DNA of 64,000 nt from an uncultured Candidatus Rokubacteria bacterium (lineage in GTDB: Bacteria; Methylomirabilota; Methylomirabilia; Rokubacteriales; CSP1-6): the NCBI GenBank assembly GCA_963747235.1, contig CAVVEU010000008.1:288001-352000 (forward strand), in the 5' to 3' direction. Under the pieces are notes generated by a model, which saw only the letters and a list, made by a program, of their open reading frames with translations, made no database searches and was not told where the DNA came from. Shown here in pieces: positions 31,257 through 42,615 of the stretch; the first letter of the stretch is position 1, and each line of letters opens with the position of its first letter. A program made the translations under genes and the position numbers.

Positions 31257-31586
31257 ATGGCACTGGCACTGACCGAGACGGCGGCGAAGCAGGTCAAGAA
31301 GCTCATGGAGGACGCAGAAGCTGGAGAACTGTCTCCTGCGGATGGGCGTCAAGGGCGGGCGGCTGCTCGGGCCTGTCGTACTCGCTCGAGTTCGACACCG
31401 AGATCGGGCCCCACGACAAGAAGTTCGACATCGACGGGCGTGCAGGTGGTCTGCGACACCAAGAGCTATCTCTACCTGAACGGCACCACGCTCGACTACG
31501 TCACGGAGGGGCTCCAGGGGGGGTTCACCTTCGTCAACCCCAGCGCCAAGTCGAGCTGTGGCTGCGGGACATCGTTCTCGGCCTGA
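31257..31586 (+). CDS. iscA: A-type carrier IscA/HesB; frameshifted
   Basis: [41 protein letters not shown]. Confidence 0.9.
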   Translation: MALALTETAAKQVKKLMEDAEAGELSPADGRQGRAAARACRTRSSSTPRSGPTTRSSTSTGVQVVCDTKSYLYLNGTTLDYVTEGLQGGFTFVNPSAKSSCGCGTSFSA

Positions 31587-31617
31587 GGCCCGCGTGCCGG
31601 CGGGAAGACGACGAACG

Positions 31618-31647
31618 AACGGGCCCGGCCGGGCCCGTTGTTGTTTT
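31618..31647 (+). terminator. Internal terminator/stabilizer hairpin between iscA and hscB
   Basis: AACGGGCCC-GGCC-GGGCCCGTT followed by GTTGTTTT. Confidence 0.6.
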
Positions 31648-31664
31648 CGAGACGGAAAGGCGAC

Positions 31665-32234
31665 GTGAGCGACTACTTCACGGTGTTCGGGCTGCCCCGC
31701 AAGCTCGGGGTCGACACGGAGGCGCTGCAGCGGCGATTCTACGAGCTGTCGCGCCAGCATCATCCCGATTTCCACCAGGGGGCGGGCGCCGAGCGCCAGG
31801 CGGAGGCGCTGGGCCAGTCGGCGCTGATCAACCGCGCCTACCGCGCCCTCCGCGACCCGCTCGCGCGCGTCGAGTACCTGATCGCGCTCGAGGAGGGCCG
31901 GGAGGTTCGCGAGGGCGCCACCGACGAAGCCGAAGGCGCCGCGGGAGCTCCTCGAGGAGATGATGGAGGTGCAGGAGGCGCTCGAGGAGGCCAAGGCCGG
32001 CGGGCTCGACGGAGGAGCGCCGGCACGCGGCTGCGCGCGAGGAGCGCCGGCGGCTCGAGGAGCGCTACGCCGGCCGAGGCGGCGGCGATCGTCGCCCGGT
32101 CCGCGGACTGGGACCGGCGGTGGACGAGGGCGGCGACCGCGGCCGCTGCTCGAGTGGTTCAAGCAGCGGCTCGCGACGCGGGCCTACCTGCGCACCGTCA
32201 TCGACGACCTGAGCGACGCGCTGGGAGAGGATGA
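31665..32234 (+). CDS. hscB: Fe-S co-chaperone HscB; frameshifted
   Basis: DYFTVFGL, J-domain HPD, INRAYRALRDPLARVEYL. Confidence 0.88.
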   Translation: MSDYFTVFGLPRKLGVDTEALQRRFYELSRQHHPDFHQGAGAERQAEALGQSALINRAYRALRDPLARVEYLIALEEGREVREGATDEAEGAAGAPRGDDGGAGGARGGQGRRARRRSAGTRLRARSAGGSRSATPAEAAAIVARSADWDRRWTRAATAAAARVVQAAARDAGLPAHRHRRPERRAGRG

Positions 32235-32244
32235 AGGACGCAGC

Positions 32245-34084
32245 ATGTCTCGCATCGTCGGCATTGATCTCGGGACGACCAACAGCCTGGTCGCCTACGT
32301 GGAGGGCGGCATCCCGCGGGTGATCCCGGACGCGGAGGGGCGCACCCTGCTGCCCTCGATCGTCGCCTGGACCCGCAACGGCGTGGTGGTGGGCGAGGCG
32401 GCCCGCCGCCAGCTCGCCCGCAACCCGGCGCGCACCGTCTACTCGGTCAAGCGGCTCATGGGCCGCGGCTACGAGGACGTGAAGGACGAGCTGCGCGCAC
32501 GTGCCCTTCGAGGTCACCCCGCAGCGCGGAGGTGGTGCGCATCCGCGTCGGCGACCGCGCGGTGACGCCGCCCGAGGTCTCGGCCCAGATGCTCCGCGCG
32601 CTCAAGCAGCGGGCGGAGACCCACTTCGGCGAGCCGGTCGAGCAGGCGGTGATCACGGTGCCGGCCTACTTCAACGACGCCCAGCGGCAGGCCACCAAGG
32701 ACGCCGGCCGCATCGCGGGCCTCGAGGTGCTGCGCATCGTCAACGAGCCCACCGCGGCGTCGCTCGCCTACGGGCTGCAGAAGCTCGCCCAGGGGCTCAT
32801 CGCGGTCTACGATCTGGGCGGCGGCACCTTCGACATCTCGATCCTGCGCGTGAAGGACGGCGTCTTCGAGGTGCTCGCCACCAACGGCAACACGCATCTG
32901 GGCGGCGACGACTTCGACCGGGCGATGGTGGACTGGCTCCTCGCCGACATCCAGCGCCGCCACCGCGTGGACCTCTCCGGGGACGCGGAGGCGCTGCAGG
33001 AGCTCCGCCTCGGCGCGGAGGCCGCGAAGTGCCGGCTCTCCTTCGACGAGCGGACCGTGCTCACGATCCCGTTCGAGGGCTTCACCTACCGGCGCGACAT
33101 CGCCCGGGCCGAGGTCGAGGCCCTGGTGGCGCCGCTGGTGGCCGCGACCCTCGGCCCGTGCCGGCAGGCGCTCGCGGACGCCGCGCTCCGCGGCCGACCA
33201 GGTCGACGAGGTGGTGCTGGTGGGCGGCTCCACGCGGATGCCGCTGGTGCAGCGGCGCGTCGCAGGAGCTCTTCGGCAAGACGCCGCACAGCCAGCTCAA
33301 TCCGGACGAGGTGGTGGCGCTGGGCGCGGCGGTCCAGGCGCAGATCCTGGCCGGCGGCATCACCGACATGCTGCTGCTCGACGTGACGCCGCTGTCGCTC
33401 GGGATCGAGACGCTGGGCGGCATCGTGAGCGTGCTGATCCCGCGCAACACCACGATCCCGACGCTGGCCAAGGAGTACTTCACCACGTCGGTGGACGGGC
33501 AGACCGCGGTGGACATGCACGTGCTCCAGGGCGAGCGCGAGCTGGCCAAGGACAACCGCTCGCTCGCCCGCTTCGACCTGGCCGGGATCGACCCGATGCC
33601 GGCGGGCATGCCCAAGATCGAGGTGACCTTCCTCATCGACGCCAACGGCATCCTGCAGGTCCAGGCGCAGCGAGCTCCGGACCGGCAAGGCGGCGCGCAT
33701 CGAGGTCAAGCCGACCTACGGCCTCACCGAGGACGCAGGTGGAGCAGATGGTGGAGGACTCGTTCACGCACGCCGAGGCCGACGTCGAGGCGCGGCTCCT
33801 GATCGAGACGCAGACCGAGGCCGACACCGTGCTGAACCACGTGGAGCGCGCGCTCGCGCCAGGCGCGCGACATCGTGGCCGACGCCGAGGAGCTGGCCGC
33901 GATCGAGGCGGCGCGTCGCCGCGCTGCGGGCCGTCGCGGGCGGGCACCGACCGCGATCGCGATCCGCGAGCGCACGACCGCGCTCAACCAGGCCACCGAG
34001 CCGCTCGCCGAGGCATGATGGACGCCGCCATCAAGGACGCGGTCACCTCGAAGCGGGCCGACCAGCATCCTGGAGCAGTCGTGA
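32245..34084 (+). CDS. hscA: Fe-S chaperone HscA (Hsp70 family); frameshifted
   Basis: [50 protein letters not shown]; position in the isc operon. Confidence 0.88.
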
Positions 34085-34408
34085 TGGCGACGCACAAGGT
34101 CACGTTCCTGCCGCTCAACGTCACGGTCGAGGTGGACGACGCGAAGTACCCGCTGGCCGATCACGGCCGGCCGGGCTCGCTGCTCGACATCGCGCTGGCC
34201 AACGACATCCACCTCGAGCACAACTGCGGCGGGAGCTGCGCCTGCACCACCTGCCACGTCATCGTGCGCGAGGGCGAGCAGAACCTCTCGCACCATGGAG
34301 CAGGACGAGGAGGACCGCCTCGACACCGCGGAGGGGCTGACGCTCCACTCGCGGCTCGGCTGTCAGGCGATCGTCCGGGGCGACGTGGTCGTGGAGATCC
34401 CGAAGTAG
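34084..34408 (+). CDS. fdx: ISC-type [2Fe-2S] ferredoxin; one indel
   Basis: LEHNCGGSCACTTCHVIV, SRLGCQ. Confidence 0.92.
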
Positions 34409-34455
34409 GGCGAGCCGCCGCCGAAGTCGAGGCGAGCGAACATGGAGAATCGATC

Positions 34456-34658
34456 GTGAAATGGCAGGACGCCGAGGACATCGCGCTGGCCCTGATGGAG
34501 GCGCACCCGGACATGGACCCGCTCACCGTGCGCTTCACCGACCTGCACAAGTGGGTGGTCGGCGCTGCCGGGCTTCACGCGACGACGCCAAGGGCTCCAA
34601 CGAGGGGATCCTGGAGGCGATCCAGATGAAGTGGCACGAGGAGTACCAGGATCGCTAG
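34456..34658 (+). CDS. iscX: Fe-S assembly protein IscX; frameshifted
   Basis: KWQDAEDIALAL, DPLTVRFTDLHKWV, SNEGILEAIQMKWHEE. Confidence 0.92.
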
Positions 34659-34659
34659 G

Positions 34660-34891
34660 CTACCAGGTGATGACGTGATCGTGCGCGAAGATCAGGTCGA
34701 GCAGGCCCGCGTAGTCGAGGTCGCCCGGGGCGAGGCGCCGCACCGCGACGCCCGCGGGGAGCGACGGCGCGGCGCGCGCCGTCGAGCAGGACCACCGTGA
34801 CCCGCGCGTCGGCCTCCCGGAGGTTGGCCTCGATCACCGCGCCCGCGAGCGCGGCCGAGTCGCGCTTCAGGAGGTGCAGGAAGGTGGCCAT
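34660..34891 (-). CDS. DsrH/TusB-like small protein; frameshifted
   Basis: FLHLLK...LDYAGLLDLIFAHDHVITW C-terminus typical of DsrH/TusB. Confidence 0.7.
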
Positions 34892-35250
34892 CAGAACACG
34901 AGAAAGCGCGTGGCGCGGGACGAGCATCGCGGCGATCTCGGCCGGCGTGACCGGGACCACCGGATGCCCGTCGGCGTTCCAGTCCGGCCGCCGCGGCCGG
35001 AGCGCCCTCGACGTGGAACGGCACGCCGAGCTTCTGGAGCGCGGCGCGGAACTTGGCGATGTCGTCGCCGTCCACCAGGTCGTCGGTGTCGTCGTCGAGC
35101 AGGTGGACGGCGGGGCCGGTCAGCACGATGCGCGACGTCGTTCTCGCCCGCCACGATGCCGAGCGCGATGCGCATCGCCTCGTTGGCCCGGTGGGAGACG
35201 CGCGGGTCCTCCGAGATGAGGACGAGGACGGGCTGGCTCGGGCTCGCCAC
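34891..35250 (-). CDS. DsrF/TusC-like (DsrE family) protein; frameshifted
   Basis: VLISEDPRVSHRANEAMRIALG; lies between DsrE-like and DsrH-like genes. Confidence 0.7.
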   Translation of the reverse strand: MASPSQPVLVLISEDPRVSHRANEAMRIALGIVAGENDVAHRADRPRRPPARRRHRRPGGRRRHRQVPRRAPEARRAVPRRGRSGRGGRTGTPTGIRWSRSRRPRSPRCSSRATRFLVF

Positions 35251-35251
35251 G

Positions 35252-35569
35252 CTAGTTGAGCGCGATGAAGCGATCGGTGCCGTTGATCACGTCGGTGAGC
35301 ACGACGAGGCCGCAGTTGGTGGCGCGCTCGGACAGGGGCCGGCGGCGCTTCTGGCAGCCGTAGGCGCACACGAAGAGCTTGAGCGCCGCGATCGGCGAGC
35401 GCGTGGAGACGATCGTCTTCCACCGCGTCCACCGCGTCGTCGATCAGGTAGAGGTAGACGTCGCCGCCGCCGTCGAGCGCGGCCCGGGACAGCCCGATGG
35501 CGGTCTCGAGGTTCGGGTGGTCGGGGCGGTGGAGAGCATCAGACCGAGCTTCCGTTTGGCCGAGGCCAT
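35252..35569 (-). CDS. DsrE/TusD-like sulfurtransferase; frameshifted
   Basis: LSRAALDGGGDVYLYLIDDAV...KLFVCAYGCQKR...NCGLVVLTDVINGTDRFIALN. Confidence 0.78.
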
Positions 35570-35605
35570 GCGGGCGCAGCGTAGCATCGTGAAAGGGGAG
35601 CGTCA

Positions 35606-36765
35606 ATGAACCGGAAGGTCTATCTCGATCACAACGCCTCCACCCCGGTGCATCCCGAGGTGGTCGAGGCGATGCTGCCGTACTGCAGCGAGCGCTTCGG
35701 CAATCCGTCGAGCGTCCACGGCTTCGGCCGCGAGGCGCGCGAGGGGCTCGAGACCGCGCGCGAGCAGGTCGCGCACTTCCTCCGGGTCGGCAAGGAGGAG
35801 ATCGTGTTCACCTCGGGCGGCACCGAGTCCGACAACCTGGCGATCAAGGGCGTGGCGATGGCGCGCGGTCGCGGCCACCTCATCACGTCGAAGATCGAGC
35901 ACCACGCGGTGCTGCGGACGGTGCAGAGCCTCGAGACCCTGGGCTTCGCGGCCACCTATCTCGACGTGGACGGCGACGGCCTCGTGGATCCCGACGCGGT
36001 CCGCCGGGCCATCCGGCCCGACACCATCCTGATCTCGATCATGCACGCCAACTCCGAGATCGGCACGATCCAGCCCGTCGCGGGAGATCGGCGCGATCGC
36101 GCACGAGCACGGGCATCCCGTTCCACGTGGACGCGGTGCAGACCTTCGGGAAGGTGCCGATCGATCTCGACGCGTTCGACATCGACATGCTGTCCTTCTC
36201 CGGCCACAAGATCTACGGGCCGAAGGGGGTGGCGGGGCTCTACATCCGCAAGGGCACCAAGATGGTCTCCGTCCAGCACGGCGGCGAGCACGAGCGGCGC
36301 CGTCGCGCGGGCACCGAGAACGTGACGGGCATCGTCGGGCTCGGCCGGGCGGTCGAGATCCGCGGCCGCGACATGGCGGACGAGGCGGTCCGGCTGACCG
36401 CGCTGCGCGACCGCCTCTGGGAGGGCATCCGCGGCCGGGTGCCCGACGTGCGGCTGAACGGCCATCCGACCCGGCGGGTCCCCGGCACGTGCAATATCTG
36501 CTTACCGGCACGTGGAGTCGGAATCCATCGTGCTCGGCCTGGATCTGAAGGGCATCGGCGTGTCGGCCGGCTCGGCGTGCACCTCGGGCAACGTGGAGCC
36601 GTCGTACGTGCTGGTGGCGATGGGGGTGCCGGTGGAGTGGGCGATGGGCGCGGTGCGGCATGCTCGCTCGGGCGGAGCACCACCGCCGAGGACATCGACT
36701 ACGTGGTCGAATCGACCGTGCCGCTGGTGGAGAAGCTGCGGAGCGTCATGCCGGTCCGGGCCTAG
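35606..36765 (+). CDS. nifS: Cysteine desulfurase (NifS/IscS group I), catalytically intact; frameshifted
   Basis: [33 protein letters not shown] (PLP Lys present), SAGSACTSG. Confidence 0.92.
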
Positions 36766-36780
36766 CCGGCCGGCGACCGG

Positions 36781-37177
36781 ATGCAGTACAGCCCGACCCT
36801 GATCGATCACTTCCGGAATCCACGGAACGCTGGCATCATGCGGAATCCGGACGGGGTGGGGGAAGGGGAGTACAAGGACTGCATGGACCTGGTCCGGTTT
36901 CACCTGCGCGTGCGGGACGGGAAGGTGATGGAGGCGCGGTTCCAGGCCTACGGCTGCGGGCCGACCATCGCGGCGGCGAGCGCGGCGACCGAGGTGGCGA
37001 CGGGCTGCACGCTGGACGAGCTGCTGGCGGTGGAGGCGGCGCGGGTCGAGGCCGCGGTGGGCGGGCTGCCGGAGCCGCGGCGGCACGCGGCGGACGTCGC
37101 GGTCCTGGGCGCTGCGGGCGGCGGCGCGCGACGCGCTGAGCCGGGCGGCGGAGACGAGGAGCGATCGGCATGCTTGA
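36781..37177 (+). CDS. IscU/NifU-N-like protein lacking the third Cys
   Basis: [29 protein letters not shown]; LPEPRRHAA instead of LPPVKIHC. Confidence 0.82.
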
Positions 37178-37846
37178 GCGAATGCGGCAGGACGTGAGGA
37201 CGGTGCTGGAGCGCGACCCGGCGGCACGCTCGGCGCTCGAGGTGGTCCTCTGCTAGTCCGGGCGTGCACGCGATCTGGATCCATCGCGTCGCCCACGCGC
37301 CTCTGGCGCGGCGGCTGGCACCTCGCCGCCCGCTGGGTGTCGCACGTGGGGCGCTTCGTGACCGGCATCGAGATCCACCCCGCCGCCGTCCTGGGCCCGG
37401 GCCTCTTCATCGATCACGGCATGGGCATCGTCATCGGCGAGACCGCCGAGGTCGGCGAGAACGTCAGCATCCTCCAGGGCGTGACCCTGGGCGGCACCAG
37501 CCTCAAGCGCGAGAAGCGCCACCCCACCTCGGCGACAACGTCATGATCGGCGCGGGCGCCAAGGTGATCGGCGGCTTCACCATCGGCGCGGGCAGCCGGA
37601 TCGGCGCCGGCTCGGTGGTGGTCCGCGAGGTGCCGGAGAACTGTGTCGTGGTCGGCGTGCCCGGTCGCATAACATTCCGCAACGGCGAGCGGGTGATCGG
37701 GGCCATCGACCTCAACCAGACCGATCTGCCCGACCCGCTGGCCCGGACGCTCGAGCAGATGGTGGACCGGATCCACGACGCTCGAAGCCGAGATCGAGCG
37801 ACTGAAGAAGGCGGCCGACGTCCCCGCGGACGCGCCCGCGGACTGA
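37170..37846 (+). CDS. cysE: Serine O-acetyltransferase; frameshifted
   Basis: [49 protein letters not shown]. Confidence 0.93.
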
Positions 37847-37872
37847 CCCAGCCCACAGGAGGCCAGAGCGAC

Positions 37873-38052
37873 GTGCTGCTGCCAAAAGACACGATGGACG
37901 TGAAGGAAGCCGCGCGGTATCTCGCCATGGAGGAGGGGACGGTGGCCCAGATGGCCATCGATCGCCTCATCCCGGCCGTCGAGCACGAGGGCAAGTGGCT
38001 CTTCTCCAAGAAGTCCATCGACAAGTGGCGCGGCCGCAGCGCCACGCGCTAG
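37873..38052 (+). CDS. Small excisionase-type HTH (HTH_17) protein
   Basis: SD AGGAGG; [10 protein letters not shown]...IPA...[13 protein letters not shown]. Confidence 0.8.
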   Translation: MLLPKDTMDVKEAARYLAMEEGTVAQMAIDRLIPAVEHEGKWLFSKKSIDKWRGRSATR

Positions 38053-38059
38053 CTGCCGC

Positions 38060-38203
38060 GCCGACACGGCGGGCCGAGCGGCTCAGTCACGCGCGCTGAC
38101 CGCAACGCGCTGACCGCAGGCCCGAGCTGTGCAGTACCAAGCGCTCGGGTCAACGCTGAGACGGAACTGGGGGAGTGCGGGGGCCATTTCGAGGCCCCCG
38201 CAT
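38060..38203. repeat. Structured intergenic element with short direct repeat and REP-like hairpins
   Basis: CGCGCTGACCGCA twice; CCCGAGC...GCTCGGG; TGGGGGAG followed by TGCGGGGGCC-N7-GGCCCCCGCA. Confidence 0.5.
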
Positions 38204-38231
38204 ATAAGAAGAGCCTTAAAGAACTAGACGA

Positions 38232-39436
38232 TTGCCCGCCCTCCCCCCGCTGACCCGGACGATTCTCCACGTCGACATGGACGCGTTCTACGCGTCCGTG
38301 GAGCAGCGCGACCGGCCGGAGCTGCGCGGGCGGCCGGTGATCGTGGGCGCGGATCCGTCGGGGCGCGGCGTGGTGTCGGCCGCCTCGTACGAGGCGCGGC
38401 GGTTCGGGGTCCACTCGGCCATGCCCATCGGGCGCGCCACGCGGCTCTGCCCCGACGGCGCGTTCGTGCCGGTCGACATGGACAAGTACGCGGGCGTCTC
38501 CGGCGAGGTCATGGCGATCCTCGCCGACTTCACCCCGCTGCTCGAGCCGGTCTCCATCGACGAGGCGTTCCTGGACGTGACCGGCGACCGACGGGCTCCA
38601 CGGCGACGGTCCGGCGATGGCGCGGCGCCATCAAGGCGCGCATCGCGACGTCGCTGCGGCCTGACCGCGTCCGTCGGCGTGGCCGCCGAACAAGTTCGTG
38701 GCCAAGGTCGCCTCCGATCTCCGCAAGCCGGACGGGCTCGTGGTGGTGGCCGCGGGCACCGAGGCGGACTTCCTCGCGCCGCTGCCGGTCTCGCGCCTCT
38801 GGGGCGTGGGCCGCGTGACCGCGGAGGGGCTCGAGGCCATGGGCCTGCAGACGATCGGCCAGCTCGCCGCGGTCCCCGCCGAGTTCCTCGAGGCCCGGTT
38901 CGGCCCGAGCGGCCGCAGCCTCCAGGATCTCGCCCGCGGGCGCGACGACCGCGCGGTCGAGCCGTTCGCGCCGCCCAAGTCCATGGGCGCCGAGGAGACG
39001 TTCGGCCACGATCATCGCGACGTCGAGCGCCTGCACGCCACCCTGCGCGAGCAGGCCGAGCGCGTGGCGCGCGAGCTGCGCGCGGGAGGCTACGCGGGGC
39101 GCTGCGTGACGCTCAAGCTCCGCTTCGCGGACTTCTCCACGCTGACGCGCGCGCCATACCGACGACCCCACGCAGGACGGGCTCGCGATCTACCGCCGCG
39201 CCCGCGCCCTGCTCGACCGCATTCCGCTCCGCCAGCCGGTCCGGCTCATCGGGCTGTCCGTGTCCTCGCTGGGGCCCGCCGCGGCCGGCCAGCTCTCGCT
39301 GCTCGAGCCGGACGCGCAGCGCCGGGAGCGGCTCGCGCGGGCCATGGATCGGGTCACCGCGCGCTTCGGCGAGGAGTCGCTGCGCCCGGCCAGCGTCGTC
39401 CGGCGGCCCCGCCGGGGCCCGTTGCCTTCGGGGTAG
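38232..39436 (+). CDS. dinB: DNA polymerase IV; frameshifted
   Basis: [51 protein letters not shown]. Confidence 0.93.
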
Positions 39437-39488
39437 GCTTCGGCTAGACTCGCTGAACAGCGGTTCATTCCGTCCGTCGGAGAGGCAC

Positions 39489-40245
39489 ATGGAACGGCCC
39501 ATCGCCTACGACAAGCTGGCCCGCGAGGATCGCCTGTCCGGATGCGGGCCCGCGACGTCGCGCAGCTCAAGATCGAGCAGGGGCTGCCCCCCTTCCCGGA
39601 TCTGCTCGTCCCGCGAGTCCATCAAGGAGCGCGTGCACGGCATCATGGTGGGCGAGCTGCAGGCGATGGAAGGAGCCGGCCGGACCGTCTACGATTTCCC
39701 GGACGCGCCGTGGGAGTTCACCATGGACATGGCGCGGCAGGTCTGGGACGAGTCCCGCCACGTCGAGATCTACGTGCGGCTGCTCGAGCACCTGGACGGC
39801 TACATCGGCGAGTTCCCCGAGACCACCATCCTCTGGCGCTGCGCCTGCGCGGAGGACGCGGCGGCCCGCGTGGCCGGCGTCAACCGCGGGCTCGAGGGCC
39901 TGGCCTGCGACGTGTTCAACCAGCTCGTGCACATCGCGCGGAAGATGGGCGACCCGATCCTGGAGCGCGCGGTGGACTACGTGCTGGCCGACGAGATCAC
40001 CCACGTCCGCATGGGCTCGAAGTGGCTGACCCGGCTCACCGAGGGCGATCCGGAGCGCCGCCGTCTCGCCATCGAGTTCCAGGAGACCATCGACGAGCGC
40101 TTCAACCTGGGCGGCATCCGCCGCGATGGCGCCGCACGACGTGGTGCCGATCTCCATCGCCACCGAGGCGCGCCGCGAGGGCGGCTTCACCGACGAGGAG
40201 ATCGCGCGCCTCATCAAGACCACCCAGCGGTCGGCCGTCTACTAG
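39489..40245 (+). CDS. Ferritin-like diiron protein (DUF455-like); frameshifted
   Basis: E..(GELQA), WDESRH, LEGLACD, ADEITH: two DExxH motifs plus helix-1/3 Glu. Confidence 0.82.
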
Positions 40246-40262
40246 ACGCCCGCTCCTGCCGC

Positions 40263-41244
40263 ATGACGCACCCGCTCGCGGGACATCTCGAGGTGGACGA
40301 GTCGGCGAAGACCGTCCGCCACTATCGCTACGCGGTCGAGCGGATGACGCGCATCCTGGGCGGCTGGATGGCGCTGACCCCGGAGCTCTCGGCCAAGCTG
40401 CTCATGGGCCGCCACGTCTGGGACAACGCGCAGCACGCGGACGCCTGGGGCAAGCGGCTCCCCGAGCTGCGCGCCGCGGCCCAGGTCTCGGAGCCCGCCA
40501 ACGCCGCGGCTGGTCGCCTTCCTGGACGCGGTCGAGGGCGCGGAGCGGCCCGAGCAGAGCGTCGAGCGCCTGGTCGCGATCTACCGCGTGCTCAAGCCGC
40601 ACCTGCTCGCCACCTACCAGGCCCACCTGGCGACCGCCAACGCGGTCTACGAGCCGCCCACCTGTCGCATCCTGGCCCGCTGCATCGAGGACGAGCGGCG
40701 CCACGTCGCGGCCGGGGAGACCGTCCTGCGCCATCTCCTCCGCACGCCGGAGCTGGAAGCGCGCGCCCGCGCCTGCGAGGCGCGGCTCTGGGCGCTGCTC
40801 GAGGCGGCGGGCGGCGTGACCGGGACGGGCGCGGCCAATCGCGTGAGCGGCGCCGCGGCGCCGCCCGCGGCGCTGAGCGACGACGCCGCCGAGTTCATCC
40901 GGCTCGAGCAGTCCACCGGGACGTGGCCGATCGCCCCCGCGCTGGCCCAGGCGATCGCCGCCTTCGGCGATGCGCTGACCGCGGGTGACGTGGCCGCGGC
41001 CCGGCGCTGGCTCGCGCCCGAGGTGGAGCTGGGCCCGGATCTGGAAGCGCGGCTCCGCGGGGCGCAGGGCCGTGGCCACTCGATCGTCGCGTGCGCCCGC
41101 CTCGGCGAGCAGCGCCTGGTGAAGCTCCGCCTCGACGGCGCGCACGGCAACGTCACGCTCCTGCTCCGCTGGGTGCCCACCGGCTCCGACTGGCGCGTCG
41201 CCGTGCTCGAGGCCGTTTCCGCTTCCGCCGCGCCGCCCGCCTGA
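40263..41244 (+). CDS. Ferritin-like protein with a degenerate first metal motif and a C-terminal alpha/beta domain; one indel
   Basis: [30 protein letters not shown]. Confidence 0.7.
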
Positions 41245-41249
41245 GCTCC

Positions 41250-42592
41250 GTGCTGCAGAGCGTCTTGATCGCCAACCGGGGGGAGATCGCCCGCCGGGTC
41301 ATCCGCGGCTGCCGCGCCCTGGGCGTCCGGACGGTGGCGGTCTACTCCGAGGCCGACGCGGGGTGGCCGCACGTCGCCGACGCCGACGAGGCCGTCCTCA
41401 TCGGGCCCGCGCCCGCGCGTGAGAGCTATCTCGACGTCGAGCGCATCCTCGACGCGGCCCGCCGCACGAACGCCCAGGCCGTCCATCCCGGCTACGGGTT
41501 CCTCTCCGAGAACTGGCGCTTCGCCCAGGCCTGCGAGGCGGCGGGGCTGATCTTCGTCGGGCCGTCGTGGCGCGTGATCCAGCAGATGGGCGACAAGGTC
41601 GGCGCGCGCCGGCTCATGGCGGACGCGGGGGTGCCGGTGGTGCCGGGCAGCGACGGGCCCGGTGGACTCGGTCGAGGCCGCCCGGGAGGTCGCGGGCCGG
41701 ATCGGCTATCCGGTGATGATCAAGGCGGCGGCGGGTGGCGGCGGCATCGGCATGATGCGCGTCAAGGACGAGGCGGGCCTGGCCGCCGCGTTCGCGTCCG
41801 CCCAGCGGCGCGCGCAGTCCGCGTTCGGCTCGGGCGCCCTGTTCGTGGAGCGCTTCCTCGAGGCGCCCCGCCACGTCGAGGTCCAGGTCTTCGGCGACAC
41901 CGGCGGCCGCGTGGTGCATCTCCACGAGCGCGAGTGCTCGATCCAGCGGCGGCACCAGAAGCTGGTCGAGGAGAGCCCCGCGCCCAACCTGTCCGCGGCC
42001 CTGAAGGCCCGGCTCACCGAGGCCGCGGTGGCGGGAGCCCGCGCGGTGGGCTACGTGAACGCGGGCACCATGGAGTTCATCGTGCAGGGCGACGAGTTCT
42101 ACTTCCTCGAGATGAACACGCGGCTGCAGGTGGAGCACCCGGTGACCGAGGAGGTGACCGGGCTCGACCTGGTGGCGGCCCAGCTCCGCGTCGCGGCCGG
42201 CGAGCCGCTGCCGTGGTCGCAGGAGCAGGTGGCCCAGCGCGGGGCGAGCATCGAGTGCCGGATCTACGCGGAGGACCCCGCCAAGGGCTTCATGCCCTCG
42301 CCGGGCCGGATCACCCGGCTCGTGCTGCCAGACGGTCCCGGCGTGCGGCTCGAGTGCGGGGTCGCGGAGGGCGTGGAGGTCATCGGTGCACTACGACCCG
42401 CTCCTGGCCAAGCTGATCACCACCGGCGCGACGCGCGACGAGGCCATCGCGCGGATGAGCGCGGCGCTCGAGGGGTTCGTGGTCGAGGGGGTGAAGACCG
42501 CGATCCCGTTCCAGCAGCGCGTGATGCGGAGTGCCGCCTTCCGGGCCGGCGTCGTGCACACCCAGATGGTCGAGCAGGGCGCCTTCGCCTGA
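41250..42592 (+). CDS. Biotin carboxylase (ATP-grasp); frameshifted
   Basis: [63 protein letters not shown]. Confidence 0.93.
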
Positions 42593-42615
42593 GCGGCCTC
42601 CTGCAGATTCCCGCG

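Noticed and set aside
37873-38052. Excisionase-like HTH as a sign of a prophage or integrative element
   Set aside because: No integrase, att/tRNA site or phage genes nearby; stand-alone HTH_17 regulators are common.
38060-38130. Short direct repeats as a possible CRISPR or mini-array
   Set aside because: Only two adjacent 13-nt copies, no spacers and no cas genes.
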